From: Spirochaetota bacterium
Lineage (GTDB): Bacteria; Spirochaetota; UBA6919; CBDBPB01
Reading direction: 5' to 3'
Assembly: GCA_965208615.1 (NCBI GenBank)
Contig: CBDBPB010000008.1
Location: 32,001 to 96,000 of the forward strand
DNA length: 64,000 bases
The notes beneath the pieces are model-generated. The model searched no databases. It saw only the letters and a program-made list of their open reading frames with translations, and was not told the origin of the DNA. Shown here piece after piece: positions 30,471 to 40,032 of the stretch (the stretch's first letter is position 1; each line of letters opens with the position of its first letter). A program made the position numbers and the translations under genes.

Positions 30471-32417
30471 ATGAATACAAATAAAAATATGCTAATAGCA
30501 GTTGTATTATCTATTATTCTTATTGTTGTAGTATTATCAATACAAAACTACTTACAGCCAGAAGGGCCAGTAAAACCCGTAAAAGATACAAAAAAAATAA
30601 CTAAACCTGAGAATACGGCTAAACCTAAGGATACGACTAAACCTAAGGATACGGCTAAACCTAAGGATACGGCTAAGCCTAGTAAAAAGCTTTCTGAAAA
30701 AAGTATTAGTCCTGATGAAAAGCCTTCTAAAAAAGCTGTAACCTCGTCTCATAGCAGTAACAAAAGAATAGTTCCAACTGAAGATTATGATATTCTTAGT
30801 GAATCTGGAAAAAGTAAGATAAAATCATTTGAAGTGGAAACTGATGTTTTTATAATCAATTTTACAACTGTAGACGCTTCCATAACTAATTTTAAACTAA
30901 AAGAATATCCCGATGAAAGAAATAAGTATACTGATGCTGTATTCTATAATAACAAAAAAAATGTATATCCCTTTGCTACAAGCTTTGTCGGAGCTAAAGA
31001 GCTTAAAAATAAGATTAAGTCAGCTTATAAATATTCACATAATTTGGATGAGCTTAAGGCAGGTAAAACAGAAAAGTTAATTGTTAAATTTTATAGCGAA
31101 TACTATATTAACAACGCAAGAACTCAAAAAATAGGATTAGAAAAAACCTTTAGTTTTAAAAAAAATAAATACCTTTTCGACGTCGATATAAAAATTATAA
31201 ACTTGTCTAAAGAAAATGTAGAATTAATAAGCAATAGTCGTAAGGATGCAGGTTTTTTTATACATTGGGGAGAAAGTATTGGTCCCTTTTATAAGAAGGG
31301 TGAGAGCGCTTATGATGACGTTATTACTACCTCTTATTTATATGTAGACAAAAATAGAGATGCTCAAGATGAAGAGGTTGAAGACTCCTCTGAGTCAAAG
31401 AGTAACGATCTAAGAAACCTGAAGTGGGTATCTATGGATAGTAGATATTTGGCTATGTTTATGAGCCTTGATTGGAAAGAGGATAACAAAGGAATAAAAC
31501 GCTGGGATAAGAATAATTTCTTCGGAGAGATTTATAATAACGAAAACTTGAAAAAAGAAAATGAAGAGATTATTGGTCTAGGAGTTGATAAGGTTAGTTT
31601 ATCGGGGATAAATCAAGTTAAAAAATATCACTTTTCTGTTTTAATTGGTCCTAAGACTAGAAGATTCCTCGGAAAAGATGAATATGATTTATACGAGTTT
31701 ACAAGAGTTAGAAGAAGTTGGTTTGTTTTTATAAAGCCTTTAGAATGGGGGATAGAGTGGCTATTATTTACATCTAATAGTTTAGTTCATAATTTTGGCT
31801 GGGCTATTATTATTCTTACCATTATATTGAAAATTATTTTGCATCCCCTTACTAAAAAGAGTATGGCCTCCAGTCGTAATATGCAAAAATTACAGCCTAA
31901 GATTAAGGAGCTAAATGAAAAATATAAGGGGAATAAAAATCCACAAGCAAAACAAAAGGCATTAATGGAGTTATATAAACGTGAAAAAATTAATCCATTA
32001 AGTGGTTGTCTGCCCTTGTTATTACAGATGCCTGTATTTTTTGCACTGTATAATGTTTTACCGTCTCTATTGGACTTAAAAGCCACTGATTTTTTGTGGA
32101 TACATGATCTTTCATCTCCTGATACTGTTATGAGGGTTAACCTTATCCTAACAGATAAGCTAAATATTTTACCGTTGATTATGACTATAACATTTGTTTT
32201 ACAGATGAAACTGGTACCACAACCGACTGCTCCAACTGCTAGTGATACTCAGGCACAAACCCAGAAAATGATGCAGTATTTGATGCCTGGTATGTTTTTA
32301 TTTATTTTCTGGAATATGCCTTCTGGATTAGTACTATATTGGACAGTACAAAACATCCTGCAAGTTGGACAGCAAGTTATTACTAATCTAATTCTTAAAA
32401 GAAAGTCAAAAAAATAA
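30471..32417 (+). CDS. yidC: Membrane protein insertase
   Basis: NFGWAII, MQKLQP, INPLSGCLPLLLQMP, WIHDLS.PD, PSGLVLYW. Confidence 0.95.
   Translation: MNTNKNMLIAVVLSIILIVVVLSIQNYLQPEGPVKPVKDTKKITKPENTAKPKDTTKPKDTAKPKDTAKPSKKLSEKSISPDEKPSKKAVTSSHSSNKRIVPTEDYDILSESGKSKIKSFEVETDVFIINFTTVDASITNFKLKEYPDERNKYTDAVFYNNKKNVYPFATSFVGAKELKNKIKSAYKYSHNLDELKAGKTEKLIVKFYSEYYINNARTQKIGLEKTFSFKKNKYLFDVDIKIINLSKENVELISNSRKDAGFFIHWGESIGPFYKKGESAYDDVITTSYLYVDKNRDAQDEEVEDSSESKSNDLRNLKWVSMDSRYLAMFMSLDWKEDNKGIKRWDKNNFFGEIYNNENLKKENEEIIGLGVDKVSLSGINQVKKYHFSVLIGPKTRRFLGKDEYDLYEFTRVRRSWFVFIKPLEWGIEWLLFTSNSLVHNFGWAIIILTIILKIILHPLTKKSMASSRNMQKLQPKIKELNEKYKGNKNPQAKQKALMELYKREKINPLSGCLPLLLQMPVFFALYNVLPSLLDLKATDFLWIHDLSSPDTVMRVNLILTDKLNILPLIMTITFVLQMKLVPQPTAPTASDTQAQTQKMMQYLMPGMFLFIFWNMPSGLVLYWTVQNILQVGQQVITNLILKRKSKK
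30601..30680. repeat. 18-bp tandem repeat encoding (T/A)KPKDT in the YidC linker
   Basis: CTAAACCTAAGGATACGG-type unit, about 4.5 copies. Confidence 0.85.
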
Positions 32418-32427
32418 GGAGGGAATT

Positions 32428-33060
32428 ATGCTAGTTCGTGAATTTGAAGGAAAAACCGAAAAAGAGGCAATTAAAATAGCTTTAGAAACTTTAAATATAG
32501 AAGAAGACCAAATTAGAATTGAACCCGTAAAAGAAGGAAAAGTTGGATTCTTTGGCTTTAGAAATAAAAAACCTGTTAAAATTAAGGTATACTATGAAGA
32601 AAGTCAAAGTGATACATTTGCACTAAAGTCTAAACAATATATAGAAAAGCTATTTAATATTATGAGCATTAAAGCAATTGTTGAGATTATTGAAGAAAAT
32701 GATAATAAAGTATTTTTATCTATATCTAGTGAATCTTCTGGACTCATTATTGGAAAACGTGGACGAACCTTAGAATCTATACAGTTTATGGTTAACGTTA
32801 CTATGAATAAGGGAATGGAGGAGTGGAAAAAAGTTATTCTTGATATTGAGGGATATTGGGATAAACGAGAAGAGGCTATTAGAAAGCTGTCTATCAAAAC
32901 TGCATCTATGGTTAGGGCAACTAAAAAACCTAAGATCCTTGATACTATGAATCCATTTGAAAGACGTCTGGTTCATCTTACTCTACAAGACTTTGATGAT
33001 ATTGGCACAAAAAGTGAAGGTGAGGGTACTTTTAAAAAAGTAAAAATATTTTTGAAGTAA
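32428..33060 (+). CDS. jag: Jag/EloR (KhpB) KH-R3H RNA-binding protein
   Basis: Jag_N, IIGKRGRTLESIQ, MNPFERRLVH, SEGEG. Confidence 0.93.
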   Translation: MLVREFEGKTEKEAIKIALETLNIEEDQIRIEPVKEGKVGFFGFRNKKPVKIKVYYEESQSDTFALKSKQYIEKLFNIMSIKAIVEIIEENDNKVFLSISSESSGLIIGKRGRTLESIQFMVNVTMNKGMEEWKKVILDIEGYWDKREEAIRKLSIKTASMVRATKKPKILDTMNPFERRLVHLTLQDFDDIGTKSEGEGTFKKVKIFLK

Positions 33061-33062
33061 TA

Positions 33063-34454
33063 ATGAATCCTCAATATATTAATGATACTATCACAGCTAT
33101 ATCTAGCCCCCATGGACAGGGGGCTATTTCTATTATAAGGATATCGGGTGATAGTGCTTGTGATATAGCATCTAAAATATTTTATAATCCCAAAGTTAAT
33201 CTTTATAAATCCAATTCCCACGTACTACATTACGGAAAGATCGTTGATCCAATAACTAAAGACCTCATTGATGAAGTATTACTTTGTGTTATGCGTTCTA
33301 ATAGGTCTTTCACAGGTGAAGAGCTTATAGAGATTAATTGTCACGGTGGAGAGGTTATACCATATACCGTATTAAAGCTTTTACTTTCCATGGGAGCAAG
33401 ACTGGCTGAACATGGAGAATTTACAAGAAGAGCTTATCTAAACGGTAAAATTGATCTTACTCAGGCTGAGGCTATTAATGATATTATTACATCTCAAAAT
33501 TTGTTTAGTTCCAAGATGGCTATGTCTAACCTTGAAAAAAGGTTTTCTAATTTAATAAAGGGTTTTAAGGCAGATTTGATAAGAGTTTTAGCCTTATTAG
33601 AAGTTAATATTGATTATCCTGAAGAAGATATTGAGCCTGTTGATCATAAAGAAATTACACTTAGTATATCCAAGATTATTGATTCTATAAATAAGATTAT
33701 TACAGAAAGTAAATCCGGACGTATATTAAAACAGGGAGTTAAGATTACTATTGTTGGTAAAACTAATACAGGAAAGTCCAGTTTATTTAATTATATGGTT
33801 AGAGAAGAAAAGGCAATTGTATCCCATATACACGGTACAACAAGGGATTTCTTAGAAACTCACATTTCTCTTGCTGATATACCTATACACCTTGTTGATA
33901 CTGCTGGATTTAGGCATACAGAAAATGAGATAGAAAAAATTGGTAAAAATCGCTCTAAGAAAATGATGTCCGAAGCAGACTATATACTATGGCTGTTGGA
34001 CAGCGGAAGACAATGGGATCATGATGATGAAAGCATACTAAAAAGTATTAACAAAGATAAAGTTATAATAATTCTTAACAAGGCTGATCTTGATAAAAAG
34101 ATTGATGAAAATACTGTTTTAAATAAGTTTGATCCGAAGGGTATTTTTACTATATCCCTTTTAAAGGAAACTGGACTTGATAATATGGAAAAGGGATTAA
34201 GAAGTATTTTTTTAGGAGAAACTCTTACTTTTAATAACCAGTCTATTATGTGCAATATAAGGCAGGAAAGCTTACTTTTAAAAGCGAGAGCTTCTTTTAA
34301 AAAAGCTTTAACGGCTTTATCAGATGGATTATCCTATGAGTTTATTGCTATTGAACTTAGAGAGGGCTTGGATCATTTATCCGAGATAATTGGTCAGGTG
34401 AATACTGATGATATTCTAAATGAGATATTCCAAAACTTTTGTATAGGTAAATAG
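33063..34454 (+). CDS. mnmE: tRNA modification GTPase
   Basis: IIRISG, CHGG, GEFTRRA, GKTNTGKSS, GTTRD, DTAG, NKAD, FCIGK. Confidence 0.96.
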   Translation: MNPQYINDTITAISSPHGQGAISIIRISGDSACDIASKIFYNPKVNLYKSNSHVLHYGKIVDPITKDLIDEVLLCVMRSNRSFTGEELIEINCHGGEVIPYTVLKLLLSMGARLAEHGEFTRRAYLNGKIDLTQAEAINDIITSQNLFSSKMAMSNLEKRFSNLIKGFKADLIRVLALLEVNIDYPEEDIEPVDHKEITLSISKIIDSINKIITESKSGRILKQGVKITIVGKTNTGKSSLFNYMVREEKAIVSHIHGTTRDFLETHISLADIPIHLVDTAGFRHTENEIEKIGKNRSKKMMSEADYILWLLDSGRQWDHDDESILKSINKDKVIIILNKADLDKKIDENTVLNKFDPKGIFTISLLKETGLDNMEKGLRSIFLGETLTFNNQSIMCNIRQESLLLKARASFKKALTALSDGLSYEFIAIELREGLDHLSEIIGQVNTDDILNEIFQNFCIGK

Positions 34455-34691
34455 AGCTGATTATCTATATAAGACAATATTAAGCCTTAGTATTACGCAT
34501 TTTAACAGAACTTCACAAGATGGATACACCTATAAAAGTCATACCTTATTTATTATAATTCTTTCTAGAATATTGTTGTGTCTGACTTATCCTTTATGAT
34601 ACCAAAAACAATAATTAATAGTATATAATTCGTTATCAATATAGCAGTTTTTATATGGTTTAGGTGTTTATTTTTAATAGGAGACTGTATA

Positions 34692-35135
34692 ATGAGAGAT
34701 AACTTTGTCTTATTGGTTGAGGATAATTACGATGATGAGTTGCTCACGATAAGAGCATTTAAAAAAAATAATATCAAAAATAAGCTTATAGTAACACGGG
34801 ATGGAGTAGAAGCATTAGATTTTCTATTTAAAAAAGATAAATATGTTAATAGAATTCCCGAAGGTAGTCCTTCAATTATACTGTTAGATATAAAGCTACC
34901 TAAGTTAAATGGTATAGAGGTCTTAAAAGTTATTAGAGAAAATAATTTTACCTCTTTAATTCCTGTTATTATATTGACCTCTTCAAAAGAAGAAGAAGAC
35001 CTTATACAATGCTACAAGAATAGAGCGAATAGCTATATAAGAAAACCAATCGACTTTAATGAATTTATGGAAACCGTTAATAATTTGGGCTTATATTGGC
35101 TAGCTCTAAATGAATTCCCCCTATTAAATGAGTAG
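34692..35135 (+). CDS. Single-domain response regulator (Rcp1-like)
   Basis: LLVEDN, DGVEAL, LLDIKLPKLNG, ILTSS, NSYIRKP. Confidence 0.9.
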   Translation: MRDNFVLLVEDNYDDELLTIRAFKKNNIKNKLIVTRDGVEALDFLFKKDKYVNRIPEGSPSIILLDIKLPKLNGIEVLKVIRENNFTSLIPVIILTSSKEEEDLIQCYKNRANSYIRKPIDFNEFMETVNNLGLYWLALNEFPLLNE

Positions 35136-37470
35136 AAAAGTGAATAAATTAAATAGAGTATTAAATATTTTACTAATAGAAGATTCTGAAGATGATGCAA
35201 TATTATTATTACGTGAACTAAAACGAGGGGGATATGATGTAAATTATAAACTGGTAGAAACTGAAAATGATATGTCATCTGCGATTGACAACGAAGAATG
35301 GGATATTATAATAACTGACTATAATATGCCTGAATTTAGTGCTCCTGGCGTACTAAAAGTAGTGAAAAATAAAAAAAAAGATATTCCAGTTATCATAATA
35401 TCGGGTGCCATAGGGGAAGAGGCTGCTGCAGAAATAATGAGACAAGGAGCAAGAGATTATATCAAAAAAGAAAACTGGGCAAGACTAATACCAGCTATTG
35501 AAAGAGAAGTAAATGAAAAGTTAATGCGTATTAAAATAAGCAAGGCCGAATCAGCACTCCAGACAAGTGAAAAAAGATATCGTAGTGTAGTGGAGACTGC
35601 AAATGATGCTATAATTACCATTAGTGACGGAGGAAAAATTCTATTTGTGAGTCATGCAGTTGGAAAGATATTTGGTTATTCTCCTTATGAATTAATTGAT
35701 GAAAACTTTTCTGTATTAATACCTGACTATTCAAAAATAAATAGTGCTCCTCTAAACCGTTACTCAAAAGATAGTGAATACGTCTTTTGGCATCCTATCG
35801 AATTTAGCGGCGTTAATAAAAAAGGGGATGGTATACCATTAGAACTATCATTTGGAGAGTTTGTAGAAAGTGGACAACAAATCTTTACCATTATTATAAG
35901 AGATATAAAAGAAAGAAAAAAAGCTGAACTATCTATACACAAAGTAAATAGAGCACTTAAAACATTAAGTCAGTGTAATGAAATATTAATTAGAGCAAGC
36001 GAAGAATATAAATTACTCCATGATATATGCCAAGTACTTGTTGATATAGGTGGTTATCGTTTTGCATGGGTAGGATATATAAAAGAAGGTAGGGACAGTA
36101 ATAATATTATTATACCGATTGCCTATAAAGGTTATGATAAAGGATTTCTTAATTCAATAAAAATGCCCTTGTACGAAAAGACTGAAAATCCAACTATTAC
36201 AGCTATTCGCAGCGGAGTACCATGTGGTGAGCAGAATATTAAACTATTACCCGATGAACAATGGAAAACTGAGGCTCTTAAAAGAGACTATCTATCTGTA
36301 ATATCTATGCCCTTGATATCTGAATTTAGGTCTTTAGGTGTTTTAACCCTCTATGCAAATGAAAAAAACTACTTTAATAGTGAAGAAGTTAAATTGTTAA
36401 ATGAGTTAGCAAATGATGTTGCATTTGGTCTTACTGTTCTTAGAAGAAGAACTGCTCATAAACTGGCAGAAGAAGCTTTATTTGAAAGTGAAGAAAAGTT
36501 TAGAAAAATGACTGCTTCTGCTCAAGACGCTATCATTATGACAACTAATAATGGAGTTGTATCCTATTGGAATTATGCGGCTGAAAATACTTTTGGATAT
36601 AGTGCAAAAGAGGCATTTGGAGAAAAAATAGAAAATCTTATTATATCTACTGATATTGATAATAATGAGTTAAGTACTAAAAAATTATTTTATGAAAATG
36701 ATAATAAAAATAGTGTACCAAAAAGACTAGAATTAATTGCAGTTAAAAATGATGGTAATAAAATACCTTTAGAACTATCTCTATCCTCTGTTCTGCTAAA
36801 AGGTGAGTTAAATACCATTGGTATTTTTAGAGACATTAGTGAACGAAAACGAGCAGAAAATGAACGAAGAGAAAATACAAAAAAAATGCTAAAAGCAATG
36901 CAGGAAACTGTTAAAGCTATGGGCATGACTGTTGAGGCAAGAGATCCATATACTGCAGGTCATCAGCGGAGAGTGGCCATATTAGCAAAAATGATAGCAG
37001 AAGAAATGAATATGCCTGCAAAAAAAATTAGAGGAATATATTTTGCAGGACTAATTCATGATATGGGTAAAATACATATACCTGCAGAAATACTAAGTAA
37101 GCCAACTAAGCTAACAGAAATAGAATATGCCCTTATAAAAACTCATCCACAGGTTGGTTATGATATTATTAAATCTATAGACTTTCCATGGCCTATTGCA
37201 CAAATGATTTATCAGCATCACGAAAGACTAGATGGAACAGGGTATCCCCAGGGACTAGATGAAAGTAATATATTAATAGAGTCTCAAGTCATATCTATTG
37301 CAGACGTTGTTGAGTCTATGGCTTCTCATCGTCCTTATAGGCCATCATTAGGGTCAGCATCAGCTTTAGAAGAAATTAATAAAAGTAAAGGAATAAAATA
37401 TAACGAAGAAATCGTTGAGATTTGTACAAATCTAATTACCAAAGAAAATCTTGACCTTACTAAGTTGTAA
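35128..37470 (+). CDS. REC-PAS-GAF-PAS-HD-GYP cyclic di-GMP phosphodiesterase
   Basis: REC N-terminus, two PAS (RDIKERK/RDISERK), GAF, RDPYTAGH, HDMGK, HHERLDGTGYP, HRPYR. Confidence 0.9.
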   Translation: MSRKVNKLNRVLNILLIEDSEDDAILLLRELKRGGYDVNYKLVETENDMSSAIDNEEWDIIITDYNMPEFSAPGVLKVVKNKKKDIPVIIISGAIGEEAAAEIMRQGARDYIKKENWARLIPAIEREVNEKLMRIKISKAESALQTSEKRYRSVVETANDAIITISDGGKILFVSHAVGKIFGYSPYELIDENFSVLIPDYSKINSAPLNRYSKDSEYVFWHPIEFSGVNKKGDGIPLELSFGEFVESGQQIFTIIIRDIKERKKAELSIHKVNRALKTLSQCNEILIRASEEYKLLHDICQVLVDIGGYRFAWVGYIKEGRDSNNIIIPIAYKGYDKGFLNSIKMPLYEKTENPTITAIRSGVPCGEQNIKLLPDEQWKTEALKRDYLSVISMPLISEFRSLGVLTLYANEKNYFNSEEVKLLNELANDVAFGLTVLRRRTAHKLAEEALFESEEKFRKMTASAQDAIIMTTNNGVVSYWNYAAENTFGYSAKEAFGEKIENLIISTDIDNNELSTKKLFYENDNKNSVPKRLELIAVKNDGNKIPLELSLSSVLLKGELNTIGIFRDISERKRAENERRENTKKMLKAMQETVKAMGMTVEARDPYTAGHQRRVAILAKMIAEEMNMPAKKIRGIYFAGLIHDMGKIHIPAEILSKPTKLTEIEYALIKTHPQVGYDIIKSIDFPWPIAQMIYQHHERLDGTGYPQGLDESNILIESQVISIADVVESMASHRPYRPSLGSASALEEINKSKGIKYNEEIVEICTNLITKENLDLTKL

Positions 37471-37486
37471 TTAATAAATTATATAC

Positions 37487-39136
37487 TTATTTAGGCTTTT
37501 CTTCTTTAATATTATGGCCAATAAGCTTAAAACATAGATCTAAATAAAGAGTAGTTGGTTTTACTTGTCCGCTGTAATAAAAAATACTATCATCCATTTT
37601 CTGAAAAGGATTAGCAAAAATACTTTTCCATAATATAACTTCATCAGAGTCATATTTAAGGGTTATCCATATTGCCTTTTGTTTTAGGGTAGAAGTTTTG
37701 GCATTGATATCAAACGAAAAAGATAACCATTTATAGCTCTTATAATTGTTTAATTTATTAATACTAATAGTATTACTCTTTATGATAAGTTTTTTTGAAG
37801 GCATACCATGCTCATCATCCTCATACGCCTCTATCCATAGTTTACCAACCGGAGTACGATTATATCTAAAAAGAGGAAGGGCAATCTTTTTTAGTTTAAA
37901 GCTTTTATCAAGTAAGACCCTTTGAAAAAAATATCCACTACTTGCAGTAAGATCGATTTGTTCATGATTATTGTTAAAGTCCATTGTTTTAGGCAGTAAT
38001 TCTATGATCGATTGTTTTTTTTTCGGATTAACGTATTTCGAATGGCTAAACAGCTTTTTTACCATTTTATACCCTGAAGAACTAAACGTAGGAAAAAAAT
38101 AATAACCTATTTCATTGTTTAAACTGTTATTAACGGATAAGTAATTATTTTCTTTTTGTTTATCTATAAAAAGCTGAAAGTTTAAAGGAGTTACCTTATT
38201 CATGTTTATGACGTTTTCTTCCATAGAGTCACTATATAAACTAACATTACGCTTTATAAGATTGGGGGGTATAAAAAAATAAGATGACATTGGATCAAAA
38301 GGAAGCCAATCTTTATATGGAGAATAGATTTCTATCCACTTATAGAGGCTTTTTGGATACCTGATTTCTATCTTCTTTTTACCAAAAGAAATGGGATAAG
38401 ATCTGTCTATAGAGATACCATGAACACAGCGACTTGGTAATCCAGCCATTCTTAGCATAGCAAGAGATAAATTTATTATACCATTACGATTTCCTTGTTT
38501 ATATAAAAATGTTTTTTCTGCATTATTATATAGTATATTAGGATTATAATCTATTTTATGGTTTATCCAGCCTAGGATGTTTAATATTACACTAGTTTGA
38601 TTTTTAGATGTTTTAGTTAGTTCATCGGTAAGAAGTTTTAGCTCCGATAAAATATTTTTAGATAAGGGACTTTCTATTAAATAGTTTGAAACATAATTTA
38701 CTTCGGAAGGCCTTAAAGGATAAGGATAAAACTTCTTTATAGGAAAAGCATCTACACTACTGCTAATGGTAAAGTTTGAGTTAACAACAATCTTTGAAAC
38801 AGAACTATTATATTGTATTTTATATCCACTATTTCCTAGGTTATCCACAAAAGGGGTTAGTTTTTGTGGTTTTGGGAATATTGTAGGCTTATAATCAGTA
38901 ATAATTTGTTTATTTTGTCCATTAGAAAAGGTTTTAAACTTATAAAGAGTAATTTCTATTGTATTGGAGCTATTTAGCTTTTGGGACTCCTTATTTAAAG
39001 ATATAGTATGCACTAAGTATGCTTTAGCTTTTATTATAGAAGTATTACCTTTCATAAAATAAATATCTGTGTATAGGTATAGGGGAAGTGTAACAAGTAT
39101 AAAGACAAAAATTATCTTTTTCATAGAGATAAGCAA
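37487..39136 (-). CDS. Exported transglutaminase-like domain protein lacking catalytic Cys/His
   Basis: Signal peptide; LRMAGLPSR.VHG and WIEIY....WLPFDP fold motifs. Confidence 0.65.
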   Translation of the reverse strand: MLISMKKIIFVFILVTLPLYLYTDIYFMKGNTSIIKAKAYLVHTISLNKESQKLNSSNTIEITLYKFKTFSNGQNKQIITDYKPTIFPKPQKLTPFVDNLGNSGYKIQYNSSVSKIVVNSNFTISSSVDAFPIKKFYPYPLRPSEVNYVSNYLIESPLSKNILSELKLLTDELTKTSKNQTSVILNILGWINHKIDYNPNILYNNAEKTFLYKQGNRNGIINLSLAMLRMAGLPSRCVHGISIDRSYPISFGKKKIEIRYPKSLYKWIEIYSPYKDWLPFDPMSSYFFIPPNLIKRNVSLYSDSMEENVINMNKVTPLNFQLFIDKQKENNYLSVNNSLNNEIGYYFFPTFSSSGYKMVKKLFSHSKYVNPKKKQSIIELLPKTMDFNNNHEQIDLTASSGYFFQRVLLDKSFKLKKIALPLFRYNRTPVGKLWIEAYEDDEHGMPSKKLIIKSNTISINKLNNYKSYKWLSFSFDINAKTSTLKQKAIWITLKYDSDEVILWKSIFANPFQKMDDSIFYYSGQVKPTTLYLDLCFKLIGHNIKEEKPK

Positions 39137-39511
39137 TTTAGTTTTTTTAATTTAGTTACCTTCTATTTAAAATAGTGAAGATATTTTTTAAATCGTTTAT
39201 CATTAGAAAACAATTTAACACTAATTTTACAAATTTGTATACCTTTTTTTTAATTGTGTTTTTTTATGTAGTATACGTATAAATAATTATTTCTTTATTA
39301 ATAGGCTAATTAGCTTATTAAGGCTGTATAATATATATTAACCTTTTATCTTTAAAAGATATATTACTATTAGATTTTTTTCAATAGTTTTATTTTTCTT
39401 TAACTTTTTTAGTTATATTTATTAGGCTAAAAGCTTTTTAACTTGCTTATTAGTAATAGGATATAATGAATATCAGTAAGCCTTTTATTTAGAGGGAGTT
39501 TTTATTCAGTT

Positions 39512-39555
39512 TATCCATACTATAAGCAGGTAAATACCTGCTTATAGTATGGATA
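39512..39555. repeat. Perfect 21-bp inverted repeat
   Basis: TATCCATACTATAAGCAGGTA-AA-TACCTGCTTATAGTATGGATA. Confidence 0.9.
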
Positions 39556-39577
39556 TGTACATAATGTTAAAAACTGA

Positions 39578-39859
39578 CTAGTTCTTATCTTTGTTAGAGT
39601 CTTTGTTGTTGTTTCTATCTTGTTGATTATCCCGTTGATAACCCCTACCACGCCTCATATATCCTTGACCATCACATCCACCACCTCGTCCTTGTCTGTA
39701 ATAGCCGCCTCTTCCATGATGAGGACCATAACCTCTTCTTTGAACTTCTGTATAATCTGAATTATTAAATATTGAGTTATATCTATTAGCAAAGCCATCC
39801 GCTAAAGCTATAACACCAATAACCAAAACTACTAATGATATAAATATTAACTTTTTCAT
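39578..39859 (-). CDS. Small secreted Gly/Arg-rich protein
   Basis: Signal peptide ending ALA, GGAGG RBS, RGGY/GRGG tracts. Confidence 0.7.
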   Translation of the reverse strand: MKKLIFISLVVLVIGVIALADGFANRYNSIFNNSDYTEVQRRGYGPHHGRGGYYRQGRGGGCDGQGYMRRGRGYQRDNQQDRNNNKDSNKDKN

Positions 39860-39900
39860 AATAACCTCCTATTGTTTATTATAAAAATAAACTCACTGTT

Positions 39901-39939
39901 TTAACAGATTATTAATAAATTATTAATAGTGTGTTAATA
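39901..39939. promoter_or_regulatory. Four TTAA(C/T)A direct repeats at exact 11-bp period (candidate TF binding array)
   Basis: Hexamers start at 39901, 39912, 39923 and 39934. Confidence 0.5.
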
Positions 39940-40032
39940 GAGGTTTTTTTTTAAAAAATTAATATTATTATCAATAAAACTGATAACTAGTAATAATCTA
40001 TAAAAAAAACTTGTAACATTGTCCTATATATA

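Noticed and set aside
38841-38849. DnaA box TTATCCACA (another near 47560)
   Set aside because: Isolated copies inside coding sequence with no cluster, so no support for oriC.
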